Shown: positions 30,320 to 39,025 of the stretch, one piece after another
How the letters are laid out: every line of letters starts with the position of its first letter
Position numbering within the stretch: the stretch's first letter is position 1
Virus record (IMG/VR): IMGVR_UViG_3300037467_000548
Coordinates: 1-47,401 of that record
Direction: 5' to 3' (one strand)
DNA from: a virus
Length of the DNA: 47,401 nucleotides
Position numbers and translations under genes: made by a program
Notes under the pieces: model-generated
Seen by the model: only the letters and a program-made list of their open reading frames with translations
What the model was told of the DNA's origin: nothing
The model's database searches: none

Positions 30320-30862
30320 ATGGGGTTGATCGCCTATCCACCAGTCTATGACGCCAAGCGTGTTCTGCCATTGCGCAAGTCGCTTCCGATACGCCACCCC
30401 AAGCCGAAATCCGTTGTAGATCCAGCAACGCGCGCCCAGATCGCCATGGAACAGATGAACCGGCTCGGCATAAAGACGCTGCGTTCCCGCTTCCTGCCAG
30501 CGCCTCTCCTGGAGATAGTCAAAAAGGTAGCGCAAGAGCGCGGCATATCCGTCATGCTAATCGCGGGCAATAGCAGGAAGGTCGCGGCGGTTAGGGCGCG
30601 CAATGAGGCCATGTACCTCATCAAGGAAGCGCGGCCGCACCTTTCGGCTCCTCGGATAGCAAGATGGTTCGACCGGGACCACACCAGTGTGCTTCACGGC
30701 ATCTCCAGCCATGCGGCCAAGAACGATCTACCAAAGCTCGTCGGCTATGACTTCGAACGGGTTCGTAAGCGCAATGCTCGCATTGCGGCAGAGCTTCGCG
30801 CGACACGTAAGGCAGCGGCGAGGGACAGCATGAAGTCGACCGACACATCAAAGACCTGGTAA
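30320..30862 (+). CDS. DnaA domain IV (Bac_DnaA_C)-only DNA-binding protein
   Basis: SRKVAAVRARNEAMYLIKE..LSAPRIARWFDRDHTSVLHGI parallels the DnaA C-terminus (R..AMYL...S...I...F.RDHTTVLH). Confidence 0.7.
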   Translation: MGLIAYPPVYDAKRVLPLRKSLPIRHPKPKSVVDPATRAQIAMEQMNRLGIKTLRSRFLPAPLLEIVKKVAQERGISVMLIAGNSRKVAAVRARNEAMYLIKEARPHLSAPRIARWFDRDHTSVLHGISSHAAKNDLPKLVGYDFERVRKRNARIAAELRATRKAAARDSMKSTDTSKTW

Positions 30863-30882
30863 GCGGGAAAGGCGGGGCAACG

Positions 30883-31563
30883 ATGACATGGTACGCGGTA
30901 CGCACAACGCCGGGCTCCCAGCAGCCAAAGCGCGAATTTTGGCCGGAGACGTGCGAGCGCAGCAAGAAAGGCTATCGCATCGTCTCCGGCATGGCCTCGG
31001 ATCATTCGGCGGTTGAGTTGGCCCTGAAGGACAAAGGGTTTACCTATTACATGCCTGTGGAGTACAGGGCCGTGAGGAATCGCCACAAACCGGGGCTATA
31101 CGAACTGCGCCGGTTTCCATTGCTGCAAGGCTACCTGTTCATCGCAGAACTGGAAGATGAGGACTGGCCTATCCTTCTCGGCGATCATGTAACGCCCGGT
31201 ATTCCCGGCGTTCAAGGCATAGTTAGCAATTGCGGCAAGCCTTTCGTCATCAGTCCGTTTGATCTGTTCCGTCTTCGAATGTTCGAGCAAAATAGCCGGG
31301 CAGAGGCTCATAAGAAGGCGGAGAACCAGTCGCGAGCACATGAGAGACTGGCCCGCGAAAAGCGCAAGGTGGCAGTTAGAGGCGCACGCAAGAAGCTTTT
31401 CCCTGGTCGCGATGTAAAGCTGATCTGGGGAGAAAAGGCCGGTCGCGATGCCGTGATCCAGGCTTGGGACGATCAGGATAACGTCAGGGTGCTGCTGCAG
31501 AATCTCGACGCAGCCAGCGAAACCATAGTGGTTCCGTACGAATTTCTGAAGGCAGCGAGCTAG
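30883..31563 (+). CDS. NusG/RfaH-like transcription antiterminator (NGN + KOW), probable late-gene regulator
   Basis: WYAVRT, RFPLLQGYLFIA, GVQGIV and the KOW-like FPGRDVKLIWGEKAGRDAVIQ. It lies directly upstream of the late operon. Confidence 0.7.
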   Translation: MTWYAVRTTPGSQQPKREFWPETCERSKKGYRIVSGMASDHSAVELALKDKGFTYYMPVEYRAVRNRHKPGLYELRRFPLLQGYLFIAELEDEDWPILLGDHVTPGIPGVQGIVSNCGKPFVISPFDLFRLRMFEQNSRAEAHKKAENQSRAHERLAREKRKVAVRGARKKLFPGRDVKLIWGEKAGRDAVIQAWDDQDNVRVLLQNLDAASETIVVPYEFLKAAS

Positions 31564-31746
31564 GATGTTGCTTTCTCCAGAAAACCGAAATATATTCGCT
31601 TTCGCGAAGCAGGCGACGGGGCCATAGGCCCGGCCTCATGCCACAGATCGCAGCTGGCGTATGGCGAAGCTTTGAGCCACCAAAATCATGGACAGGCCGG
31701 GCAATGACGGGGCTTCGTCACCGTCGCGTCGATAGCAAGAGCTTGG

Positions 31747-31884
31747 ATGAAAGCCGCGATAGCCGCCCTCCTGTACCTGGCCATCCTGGTAACAGCCGGA
31801 TCGGTCATCGGATCGCTCGCCGCCTGCACTCACACCGATCCATGCCCGTTCGATCAATTCCTCATCGATCCGGCATGCCACTAG
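31747..31884 (+). CDS. Possible small lipoprotein (45-aa precursor)
   Basis: The signal MKAAIAALLYLAILVTAGSVIGSLAAC has lipobox LAAC. The mature peptide would be about 19 aa with 3 Cys. The RBS is weak. Confidence 0.3.
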   Translation: MKAAIAALLYLAILVTAGSVIGSLAACTHTDPCPFDQFLIDPACH

Positions 31885-31911
31885 TTTGAGGGACCACCAG
31901 GAGAAACACCA

Positions 31912-32262
31912 ATGGCAACCCGATACGCAATTCTCGTGACCAACGACGAAGGCCAGAAGCAGGTCTCGGACATCAAGCAGATGGAAGGCGCCGCTCCCGA
32001 CGTACCGCGCGGCTATGAAGTCGTCCAAGTACCCGACGGCGTTCTCATCGGCATGATCAAGCGCGGCAAGAAGGACGCGGTGGCAGGCTTCGGCTTCCCC
32101 GACGGTTCCGAAGGCGCTGCTGAGCGCTCGAATGCTCTGACGGGCGATGCTCCGAAGCCGAAAGCGGCTGCGCTAAAGCCTGCCAAGGCCAAGACTGGCA
32201 AGGGCAAGCAGGCTCCTGCAGAGAAGCCGGCGGCCGACGAGGCGAAGACCACCGATGCCTGA
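31912..32262 (+). CDS. Hypothetical protein with a Lys/Ala/Pro-rich histone-H1-like tail (116 aa)
   Basis: GGAGAAA RBS, with the tail APKPKAAALKPAKAKTGKGKQAPAEKPAADEAK. Confidence 0.6.
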   Translation: MATRYAILVTNDEGQKQVSDIKQMEGAAPDVPRGYEVVQVPDGVLIGMIKRGKKDAVAGFGFPDGSEGAAERSNALTGDAPKPKAAALKPAKAKTGKGKQAPAEKPAADEAKTTDA

Positions 32263-32680
32263 GAAGGCTGAGCCGCGAAAGAACGCGGCGGATAAGCGAG
32301 AAGACGGGATGCCGGTTGGTACCCCGTTTCAGAAGGGCAACGGCGGCCGGCCCAAGGGTTCGCGCAATGCGCTCGGCGAAGCGTTCCTCGAAGCGATGCA
32401 TGAGGACTTCCAGGAGCACGGCAAGAGCGTCATCGCCACGGTTCGTGCAGAGAAGCCTGACCAGTACCTCAAGGTCATCGCCTCGATCCTGCCGAAGGAT
32501 CTGAATGTCAACGTCAACAACCTCAACGATCTGAGCGATGACGAGCTCCGAAGCCGCATCCGCGATCTCGAAACCGTCATCCGACCTTTCCTCACTGGCG
32601 AAGCAATGGCTGGAACGGAAGTGGGCGGCGGAGGAGTATCACGCGCTTCTGTTGGAACTGGATCGCAGGCGGCGCACTAG
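32255..32680 (+). CDS. terS: Terminase small subunit
   Basis: It lies upstream of terL. GTPFQKGNGGRPKGSRNALGEAF is typical of small terminases. The 3' end overlaps the terL ORF by 143 nt. Confidence 0.6.
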   Translation: MPEKAEPRKNAADKREDGMPVGTPFQKGNGGRPKGSRNALGEAFLEAMHEDFQEHGKSVIATVRAEKPDQYLKVIASILPKDLNVNVNNLNDLSDDELRSRIRDLETVIRPFLTGEAMAGTEVGGGGVSRASVGTGSQAAH

Positions 32681-33320
32681 CCGTCTTCAGCAGTATCAGC
32701 CGTATTCCAAGCAAAGGGAATTCCATGCGGCCGGCGCCATTCATCGCGAACGACTGTTCATGGCGGGCAACCAGTTGGGCAAGACGATCGCAGGTGGAGC
32801 GGAGTGGGCTATCCACCTTACGGGCCGCTATCCCGACTGGTGGACGGGCAGGGTGTTCGAAAGACCAGTGCGCATGTGGGCGGCAGGAGTGACTAGCGAG
32901 AGCACGCGCGATAACCCGCAGCGTGTCCTAGTAGGTCCGCCGCAGCAACAGTCAGCATGGGGCACCGGTTTCATCCCTGGTGATGCCATTGTCGATACGA
33001 TCATGAGCCGTGGCGTTCCGAGCTCGCTCGATAGCGTTGTGGTTCGGCATGGTGGCGGCGGGGATATTCAGGCCGGCGAGTCGGTGCTGGCCTTCAAGTC
33101 ATATGAGAAGGGCCGGGAGAAGTGGCAGGGCGAAACCTTGCACGGCGTCTGGTTCGACGAGGAACCGCCGCTGGATATCTATTCCGAGGGCCTCACCCGC
33201 ACCAATGCGACGAACGGGATAACGATCGTGACGTTCACGCCGCTGCTCGGCATGAGCGATGTGGTGCTGCAGTTCCTGACCTCAGAGCAGGTTGAGATGA
33301 TGGTGAAGGGCAAGCCATGA
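32538..33320 (+). CDS. terL: Terminase large subunit, ATPase half
   Basis: YQPYSKQREFHAAG..MAGNQLGKT (Walker A-like)..HLTGRYPDWW..VWFDEEP (Walker B-like). The true start is uncertain. Confidence 0.8.
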   Translation: MTSSEAASAISKPSSDLSSLAKQWLERKWAAEEYHALLLELDRRRRTSRLQQYQPYSKQREFHAAGAIHRERLFMAGNQLGKTIAGGAEWAIHLTGRYPDWWTGRVFERPVRMWAAGVTSESTRDNPQRVLVGPPQQQSAWGTGFIPGDAIVDTIMSRGVPSSLDSVVVRHGGGGDIQAGESVLAFKSYEKGREKWQGETLHGVWFDEEPPLDIYSEGLTRTNATNGITIVTFTPLLGMSDVVLQFLTSEQVEMMVKGKP

Positions 33321-34072
33321 CCAGGCATGTGACCTTCATGACGATCGATGACGCTGAGCACTATACGCCTGAGCAGCGAGAGGCGATCATTGCCGCGTAT
33401 CCGGCGCATGAGCGGGAAGCTAGAGCGAAAGGCATTCCGGTTCTAGGCTCTGGCCGCATCTTCCCGGTTCCAGAGGAAGACATCAAGGTCGAGCCGTTTC
33501 CGCTGCCGAAATACTGGCCGCGCATCGGTGGGCTAGACTTTGGTTGGGATCACCCTTCAGCCGCGGCTGAATTGGCATGGGATACGGAAGCCGACGTCGT
33601 TTACGTGACCAAAGCGCACCGGGCCTCACAACAGACTCCGGCGATGCAGGCCATCACGCTAAAGCCGTGGGGATCATGGCTTCCCTGGGCCTGGCCGCAT
33701 GACGGTCACAACCAGACGCTTGCCGGCGCCGGTGTGGCCCTCGCCAAGCAGTATAGCGAGCAAGGCCTGAACATGCTGAGCACACACGCGACGTTCAGCG
33801 ATGGCTCGAATAGCGTTGAGGCTGGCCTGATGGAAATGCTGGACCGGATGCAGACCGGCCGCTTCAAGGTCTTCTCGAACCTCGACCCGTGGTTTGAGGA
33901 GTTTCGGCTTTACCATCGCAAGGACGGTCTCGTTGTGAAACTGCGCGACGACCTGATGTCCGCCACCCGCTACGGCGTGATGATGCTACGGCATGCTGTT
34001 GTGGATCCGGCCGTGTTCAAGGCTCACCGGCAGCAGAGCCGGCAGTCCGATCCTCTTGGGGCATTCCGATGA
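33317..34072 (+). CDS. terL: Terminase large subunit, nuclease half (separate ORF in the -1 frame)
   Basis: AYPAHEREARAKGIPVLGSGRIFP and RIGGLDFGWDHPSAAAELAWD are RNase H-like nuclease motifs. The ATG overlaps the upstream TGA (ATGA). Confidence 0.8.
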   Translation: MTRHVTFMTIDDAEHYTPEQREAIIAAYPAHEREARAKGIPVLGSGRIFPVPEEDIKVEPFPLPKYWPRIGGLDFGWDHPSAAAELAWDTEADVVYVTKAHRASQQTPAMQAITLKPWGSWLPWAWPHDGHNQTLAGAGVALAKQYSEQGLNMLSTHATFSDGSNSVEAGLMEMLDRMQTGRFKVFSNLDPWFEEFRLYHRKDGLVVKLRDDLMSATRYGVMMLRHAVVDPAVFKAHRQQSRQSDPLGAFR

Positions 34073-34257
34073 GTTTCGTGCAGCGCTTCGACAAGCGCAC
34101 CGGCAACTGGCTGAAGCTCGACCACGAAGGATATGTGATCGCGGAAGGACCGAAGGCTTTCATTGGCCCCGACGGCAAGCCGCTTGAGGAGATCGAGCCC
34201 GTCGAGTTTGAGCAGCCGCGCGCCGGAGTGAGTGATCCGCTGGGAGACTATCGCTGA
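34069..34257 (+). CDS. Hypothetical protein (62 aa)
   Basis: Coupled ORF. Confidence 0.5.
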   Translation: MSFVQRFDKRTGNWLKLDHEGYVIAEGPKAFIGPDGKPLEEIEPVEFEQPRAGVSDPLGDYR

Positions 34258-34511
34258 TGGGCGAGGTGTATTTGCTATCCGAACGCCCCGTTGATATGGG
34301 CCAACCGAACGAATCCGTCATCGCCATGCTCACGGACATGCTTGAGAAGGCCAGGACTGGCGAACTGCAGACTATCCTTGGCTGTGGCCGCACCTCAGAC
34401 GGCGGTGTGATCAGCATGTTCACTGTCGCGGCAAAGCAGGACTTCTATCTGCATCTGGGCGCGCTTGAGGCCCTGAAGCTGGAATTCGTCAAACGTACAG
34501 AAATTGACTGA
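34257..34511 (+). CDS. Hypothetical protein (84 aa)
   Basis: Coupled ORF. Confidence 0.55.
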   Translation: MGEVYLLSERPVDMGQPNESVIAMLTDMLEKARTGELQTILGCGRTSDGGVISMFTVAAKQDFYLHLGALEALKLEFVKRTEID

Positions 34512-34987
34512 TGGCCGTCCGCATCATCGGCGGCAACCTTCGCGACCTCTCCTACATCGCTGCCAACCTTCGGCCAGAGGATCACGCAGAGGTAGACTGC
34601 CAGCTTGACGACTGGACCCCGGCAACGCTGGCGCTGCATGCCATGCAGGGCTTCGCCTACGTCGCTGAACTCGACGGCAACCCGGAAGCAGGCTTCGGCG
34701 CCGCTGAGCTTCGCAGCGGCCTCTGGATAGCTTGGAGTTGGGGAACGAAGCGCATGAAGCGCTGTATCCCCAGGATCACGCAATTCTTCTTCGAAGTGCT
34801 CGGGCCTGACGTTGCTTCTCGTGGAGCACACCGGGTTGAGGCTCGGGCGCTGGCTTCCAACGATATGGCTCTCCGCTGGCTTCATCACCTCGGAGCAACC
34901 GAACGCTGCCATCTGCCGGCCTACGGCAAGAACGGCGAAGACTTCATCCTGTTCGACTGGACAAGGGAAACGTGGAACCATGACTGA
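34511..34987 (+). CDS. Hypothetical protein, possibly GNAT-like fold (158 aa)
   Basis: HRVEARALASNDMALRWLHHLGA...GEDFILFDW resembles acetyltransferase C-terminal strands. This is a weak call. Confidence 0.35.
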   Translation: MAVRIIGGNLRDLSYIAANLRPEDHAEVDCQLDDWTPATLALHAMQGFAYVAELDGNPEAGFGAAELRSGLWIAWSWGTKRMKRCIPRITQFFFEVLGPDVASRGAHRVEARALASNDMALRWLHHLGATERCHLPAYGKNGEDFILFDWTRETWNHD

Positions 34988-35225
34988 ACTTGGCGTCTAC
35001 ATCCTCGGTGCGACAGCGCTCGCTATTCTCACCGCAGCGGGTATCGCGAGCGGAAACCATCTGGTGGTCGAGCTTGCTGCGCTCTCGGCGGGCGCCTCAT
35101 ATGTTAGCCAGCTTGGCGCGCAGATGGTGGTGGCCAACGTATCACCGCGCATTGCCTCAACCATCAACCTAGCCGGCATGGCAGTCTCGCTCGTTTGCTG
35201 GCTGTTCGGCGCTTTCTATCTCTAG
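34980..35225 (+). CDS. Membrane protein (81 aa)
   Basis: ATG 34980 overlaps the upstream end. There are three hydrophobic segments. Confidence 0.55.
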   Translation: MTELGVYILGATALAILTAAGIASGNHLVVELAALSAGASYVSQLGAQMVVANVSPRIASTINLAGMAVSLVCWLFGAFYL

Positions 35226-35235
35226 GAGAACCGCC

Positions 35236-35430
35236 ATGTGTCTCTTCCAAAAGCCGCCAGAACTAAAGCCGCTCCCCGCGACGCCGACGGCGAACGACAA
35301 GGACGTGCAGGCCCGAGAGGATGCCTTGCGCGCCCAGCTTGATCAGCAGCAGGGCACGTCCAGCACGATCAAAACCGACCTAGCCCCGAGCGATGTCGCC
35401 GGGCAGAAAAAAGTCCTACTCGGAGTTTGA
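35236..35430 (+). CDS. Hypothetical virion-module protein (64 aa)
   Basis: A clean ORF. Confidence 0.5.
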   Translation: MCLFQKPPELKPLPATPTANDKDVQAREDALRAQLDQQQGTSSTIKTDLAPSDVAGQKKVLLGV

Positions 35431-35433
35431 GAG

Positions 35434-35772
35434 ATGGCACGTGGATCAACAGCGAACCGTGGCGGCACATTCAGCCGCGGCAGCACAGGCGAGTGGGAGA
35501 CCGTCGCCGCCTCCCAGACTGACCAAGTACTCGGCGCAACGGGCAAGCTCGGCGACTATATCGAGGGCCTGATCATCGTCGTAGCTACTGCGGCGACTGC
35601 CCAGGTGCAGATCAAGGACGGCGCCGGATCGGCTATCACGGTGTTTCCGAACTCGCCCGGCGCTGGCGTCGGCACCTATAACGTCGCGCTTGGCATGCGC
35701 TCAGCCGCAGGTGCTTGGAAGCTGACCACCGGCGCCGGCGTCAGCGTCATTGCGGTCGGCAACTTCACCTGA
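35434..35772 (+). CDS. Hypothetical virion-module protein (112 aa)
   Basis: A clean ORF, Gly/Ala-rich and beta-like. Confidence 0.55.
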   Translation: MARGSTANRGGTFSRGSTGEWETVAASQTDQVLGATGKLGDYIEGLIIVVATAATAQVQIKDGAGSAITVFPNSPGAGVGTYNVALGMRSAAGAWKLTTGAGVSVIAVGNFT

Positions 35773-36956
35773 TGCGCCCTGGCTACTGGACGAGAGTGTC
35801 GGCTTCCCGACGCGGCGGCAAGGCCGATCCGTTCAACTCGTTCACGTATGACATCGACTTCGTTGCCAACACGGTCAAGGGCGGCTCCCAGCCCTACGGC
35901 AACAACAACAACGACGGCCGTCTGTTCCGAGACAGTGGCGTCGCGAATGCCTGCTTCATTCCAAATGCGGCCGGCGGGCTAACGTCCACCGCAGCGCTGG
36001 GTATGCGGCGATCGACGAAGGGCACGGTCAGCTTCCAGAACATCGGCACGCTCGGGCTGTGGAACCGTGACTTCACGCAAACAGCGTGGGTGAAGACCAA
36101 CATCACGGCGACGAAGAACCAGGTGGGTGCAGACGGGACGGCGAATGCAGCCTCGCTCCTTGCCGCCACTGCCAACGCTGGAACGGTGCTTCAGTCCACC
36201 ACGTCAGCGTCTGCCAACCGAGTGGCTATTCCGTTCGTCAAGCGCGTCTCTGGCACAGGCACAGTCGAGTTCACGTTTGACGGGACGAACTTCACCAATA
36301 TCACGTCGCAGATCAACAGCTCCACCTACTCCAAGGTGCTGCTATCCGCAGCGTCGATCACTAACCCGAATTTTGGCTTCAGGCTAGGAACGTCGGGCGA
36401 CTCCATTGCCGTCGACTTCTGCAACGTCACGGGGCAAATTCAGGGTCTCAACCTGGACCCGATGCACTATCCAACCATCGTTGGCTCTGCCTTCGGCTCC
36501 ATCTTCCATGAGACGCCATGGGCGCTGAACACGGACGCCGGGCCGCTGTCCGCCATCATCAAGGGTGCATACGGGGCGTTCTGGCAGGGGTACAATTACG
36601 TTCCTGATCTTGGCGGCCTGTGGGTCTCCGACGGCGTGACTAACTGCAAGCTGCTCACGGGCAACAATGTCCAGTTCTCCGCTTCGGTGAACCTCAACAC
36701 GACAGGCGGCGAGTGGCGCACAAGCGGCGTCAACAAGGTAGCAGCGTGCCTCGATGCCTCTGGCAACATGGCGCTCTGCGTCAACGGCGGCACGGTCTAC
36801 ACGCGCACAGCCGGCGTCCTCTCGCCTTCGGCAACGCATTTCGTGCTTTCGAACAATGGCGCGGCCACATTGCCGCTTAACGGCTGGACTGAGCGCTTCG
36901 CCATCGACGCGAACGTCTGGCTCAGCAGCGCAGATCTGCAGGCGATGACCACATGA
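35772..36956 (+). CDS. Structural protein with a lectin/receptor-binding-like beta-rich domain (394 aa)
   Basis: ATG 35772 overlaps the upstream TGA. WVKTNITATKNQVGADGTANAASLL is typical of phage fiber/lectin-fold proteins as I recall them. Confidence 0.45.
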   Translation: MRPGYWTRVSASRRGGKADPFNSFTYDIDFVANTVKGGSQPYGNNNNDGRLFRDSGVANACFIPNAAGGLTSTAALGMRRSTKGTVSFQNIGTLGLWNRDFTQTAWVKTNITATKNQVGADGTANAASLLAATANAGTVLQSTTSASANRVAIPFVKRVSGTGTVEFTFDGTNFTNITSQINSSTYSKVLLSAASITNPNFGFRLGTSGDSIAVDFCNVTGQIQGLNLDPMHYPTIVGSAFGSIFHETPWALNTDAGPLSAIIKGAYGAFWQGYNYVPDLGGLWVSDGVTNCKLLTGNNVQFSASVNLNTTGGEWRTSGVNKVAACLDASGNMALCVNGGTVYTRTAGVLSPSATHFVLSNNGAATLPLNGWTERFAIDANVWLSSADLQAMTT

Positions 36957-38680
36957 CCGACAGCCGCGCCCGCGATATCCTTCTGCGCCAGGACGAGTTC
37001 GAGGACGAGCGCCGCGACTATGAATGGGTATGGGAGCAGGTCAGCGAGTTCTGCGACCCTGACGCGCCGGACATCTGGAACAACCGAGGCGCGAACTATC
37101 GCCGCGACAGCCAAGCAGAGCGCCAGGAGCGTCGGGGTTCGCGTGTGTACGCGAACACGATCAACAGCGCAGCGAACCGCCTTGCTGCCGGCCTTGAGAG
37201 CCTGATCATTCCGCAGTCGGAAAAGTGGCACGGCCTGTCGACGGCCGCCATGAACGACGAGGAAACTGACGAAGAGAAGGAATGGGCGGAAGGCCTCCGC
37301 GACTTCCTGTTCTCGCTCCGCTACTCGGCGAACTCGAATTTCGTGCCGGCGACGCAGGCCTGTCTGCGCAATGTGGTCCGCTACGGGCCAGCCTACCTCT
37401 ATGCGGAAGAGGGGTTCGGCGGCACGCTTATCCGGTACGCCTCGATCCCGGTTGTTGAGGGCTACATCGGCCGTAACCGCTGGGGCGTGGTTGACACCTT
37501 CCATCGCAAGTACGAGCGCACTGCGCGCCAGGCCGCACAGATCCTCGGCTATGAAAAGCTGCCGGCGAAGATCAAGGCGCTGGTGGACGACCCCTCGAAG
37601 TGCGAGGAGAAGATCACGCTCATCCAGTGCGTGCAGCCGCGCGATGAGCGCCGCATGTACAAGCTGGGCAGCGACTGGAACTATCTCGACACCGCCTTCG
37701 CGACCTATCACGTGGTCGAGGAGGAAGAGGCGATCGTCAAGGAAGGTGGCTTCCGCACCTTCCCGATCTCCAGCTTCTCTTGGCGCCGGTACGAGGGCGA
37801 CACTTACGGCATCTCGCCCACGATCGAAGCGCTGACCACGGTCCGCGAAGAGAACGCCGTGCGCCGCTCAGGTCTTCGCGCATTGCAGCAGATCACGGAC
37901 CCGGCCACCGCTTCCAAGGCGCGGCTGGACTATGTGCCTGTCCTGAACCCAGGAGAGAACTACCCCGGACTGATCGACGACAATGGCCGGCAGCTCATTG
38001 CGCCGATCGTCACTGGTGCAAACCCGGCGCCGGCATTCGACTACGCGGCGACGCGCGCCGAAGAAATTCGCGACATGATGTTCGTCAACCTCTTCCAGGT
38101 TCTGGTGAACAACCCGGAAATGACTGCGACGGAAGCGCTGATCCGGCAGGAAGAAAAGGGCGCCTTGCTTGGCCCGTCGGGTTCGATCATCCAGGCAGGG
38201 TTTGCGACCAACCTCGATCGCGAACTCGGCATCCTGGAGGACAAGGGCCTCTACGCTCAGGATAGCCGCTTCCTGCCCCCGCCTAGCCTCGCCGGAAAGA
38301 CAGTTCGCCCGACCTTCACCAGCCCGCTCGACGTGCTGCGCCGCTCGGCCGAGGCGAGGGACACGATCCAGGTTCTGCAGACGGCCGCGCAGATCGCGCA
38401 GTTCGATCCGCAGGTCATGGACAACATCGACGGCGACGAGGCCTTGAAGATCGTGCAGAGCGCCGGCCGCAGCCCACAGCGTATCTTCCGCCGGCAGGAA
38501 GAGGTGCAAGCGCTTCGTGAGCAACGGGCCAATGCGCAGCGCACTCAGGCGGGCATGGCCGGTATCGCCACGGCCGCAGGGGTTGCCAAGGATGCAGTGC
38601 CGGCGGCGGTTCAGGCGCGTGACAGCGGCCTGCTCTCCGGCCTTCAGGACATGATGCAGCAGGCTCAGGGTAACGCATGA
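36953..38680 (+). CDS. Portal (head-to-tail connector, T7 gp8-like family)
   Basis: 575 aa with EYEWVWEQVSEFCDP, SNFVPAT and GPAYLYAEEGFGG motifs. It lies upstream of the scaffold and major capsid protein. Confidence 0.8.
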   Translation: MTDSRARDILLRQDEFEDERRDYEWVWEQVSEFCDPDAPDIWNNRGANYRRDSQAERQERRGSRVYANTINSAANRLAAGLESLIIPQSEKWHGLSTAAMNDEETDEEKEWAEGLRDFLFSLRYSANSNFVPATQACLRNVVRYGPAYLYAEEGFGGTLIRYASIPVVEGYIGRNRWGVVDTFHRKYERTARQAAQILGYEKLPAKIKALVDDPSKCEEKITLIQCVQPRDERRMYKLGSDWNYLDTAFATYHVVEEEEAIVKEGGFRTFPISSFSWRRYEGDTYGISPTIEALTTVREENAVRRSGLRALQQITDPATASKARLDYVPVLNPGENYPGLIDDNGRQLIAPIVTGANPAPAFDYAATRAEEIRDMMFVNLFQVLVNNPEMTATEALIRQEEKGALLGPSGSIIQAGFATNLDRELGILEDKGLYAQDSRFLPPPSLAGKTVRPTFTSPLDVLRRSAEARDTIQVLQTAAQIAQFDPQVMDNIDGDEALKIVQSAGRSPQRIFRRQEEVQALREQRANAQRTQAGMAGIATAAGVAKDAVPAAVQARDSGLLSGLQDMMQQAQGNA

Positions 38681-38970
38681 CCGGTGAAAAGTTTGATCCG
38701 CCGGCACCCGATCCGACCACAAGGCTCCGTCTCTCCGAGGCCTATAAAGCCCTTGAGGACGGAACGGCGGACCGCGCGCAGGGCAGGCTGATCCTGCAGC
38801 ATCTCGCCGGCCTCACCGGCTACTACAAGAACATCTCATTGCCGCAGTTTATCGCCGACACGGGTTCGGCGCGGGGCTTTGAGCTTGCATGCGTCGAGCA
38901 CCAGGCCAAGCGGTGGGTGTTCACCGAGATCGTCCCGTTCCTGACCAAGCACGTGGACGGCAAAGAGTAA
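38677..38970 (+). CDS. Hypothetical protein (97 aa)
   Basis: Coupled ORF after the portal. Confidence 0.55.
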   Translation: MTGEKFDPPAPDPTTRLRLSEAYKALEDGTADRAQGRLILQHLAGLTGYYKNISLPQFIADTGSARGFELACVEHQAKRWVFTEIVPFLTKHVDGKE

Positions 38971-39025
38971 GACCGCGCGGCACGGCCTGCCGTTCAATTC
39001 TTCCCAAGAATGAAGGAATACGATC

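Noticed and set aside
31636-32028. 130-aa (-) and 83-aa (+) ORFs in the late leader.
   Set aside because: Neither has an RBS or a plausible composition. The minus ORF also runs into the well-supported 31912 gene.
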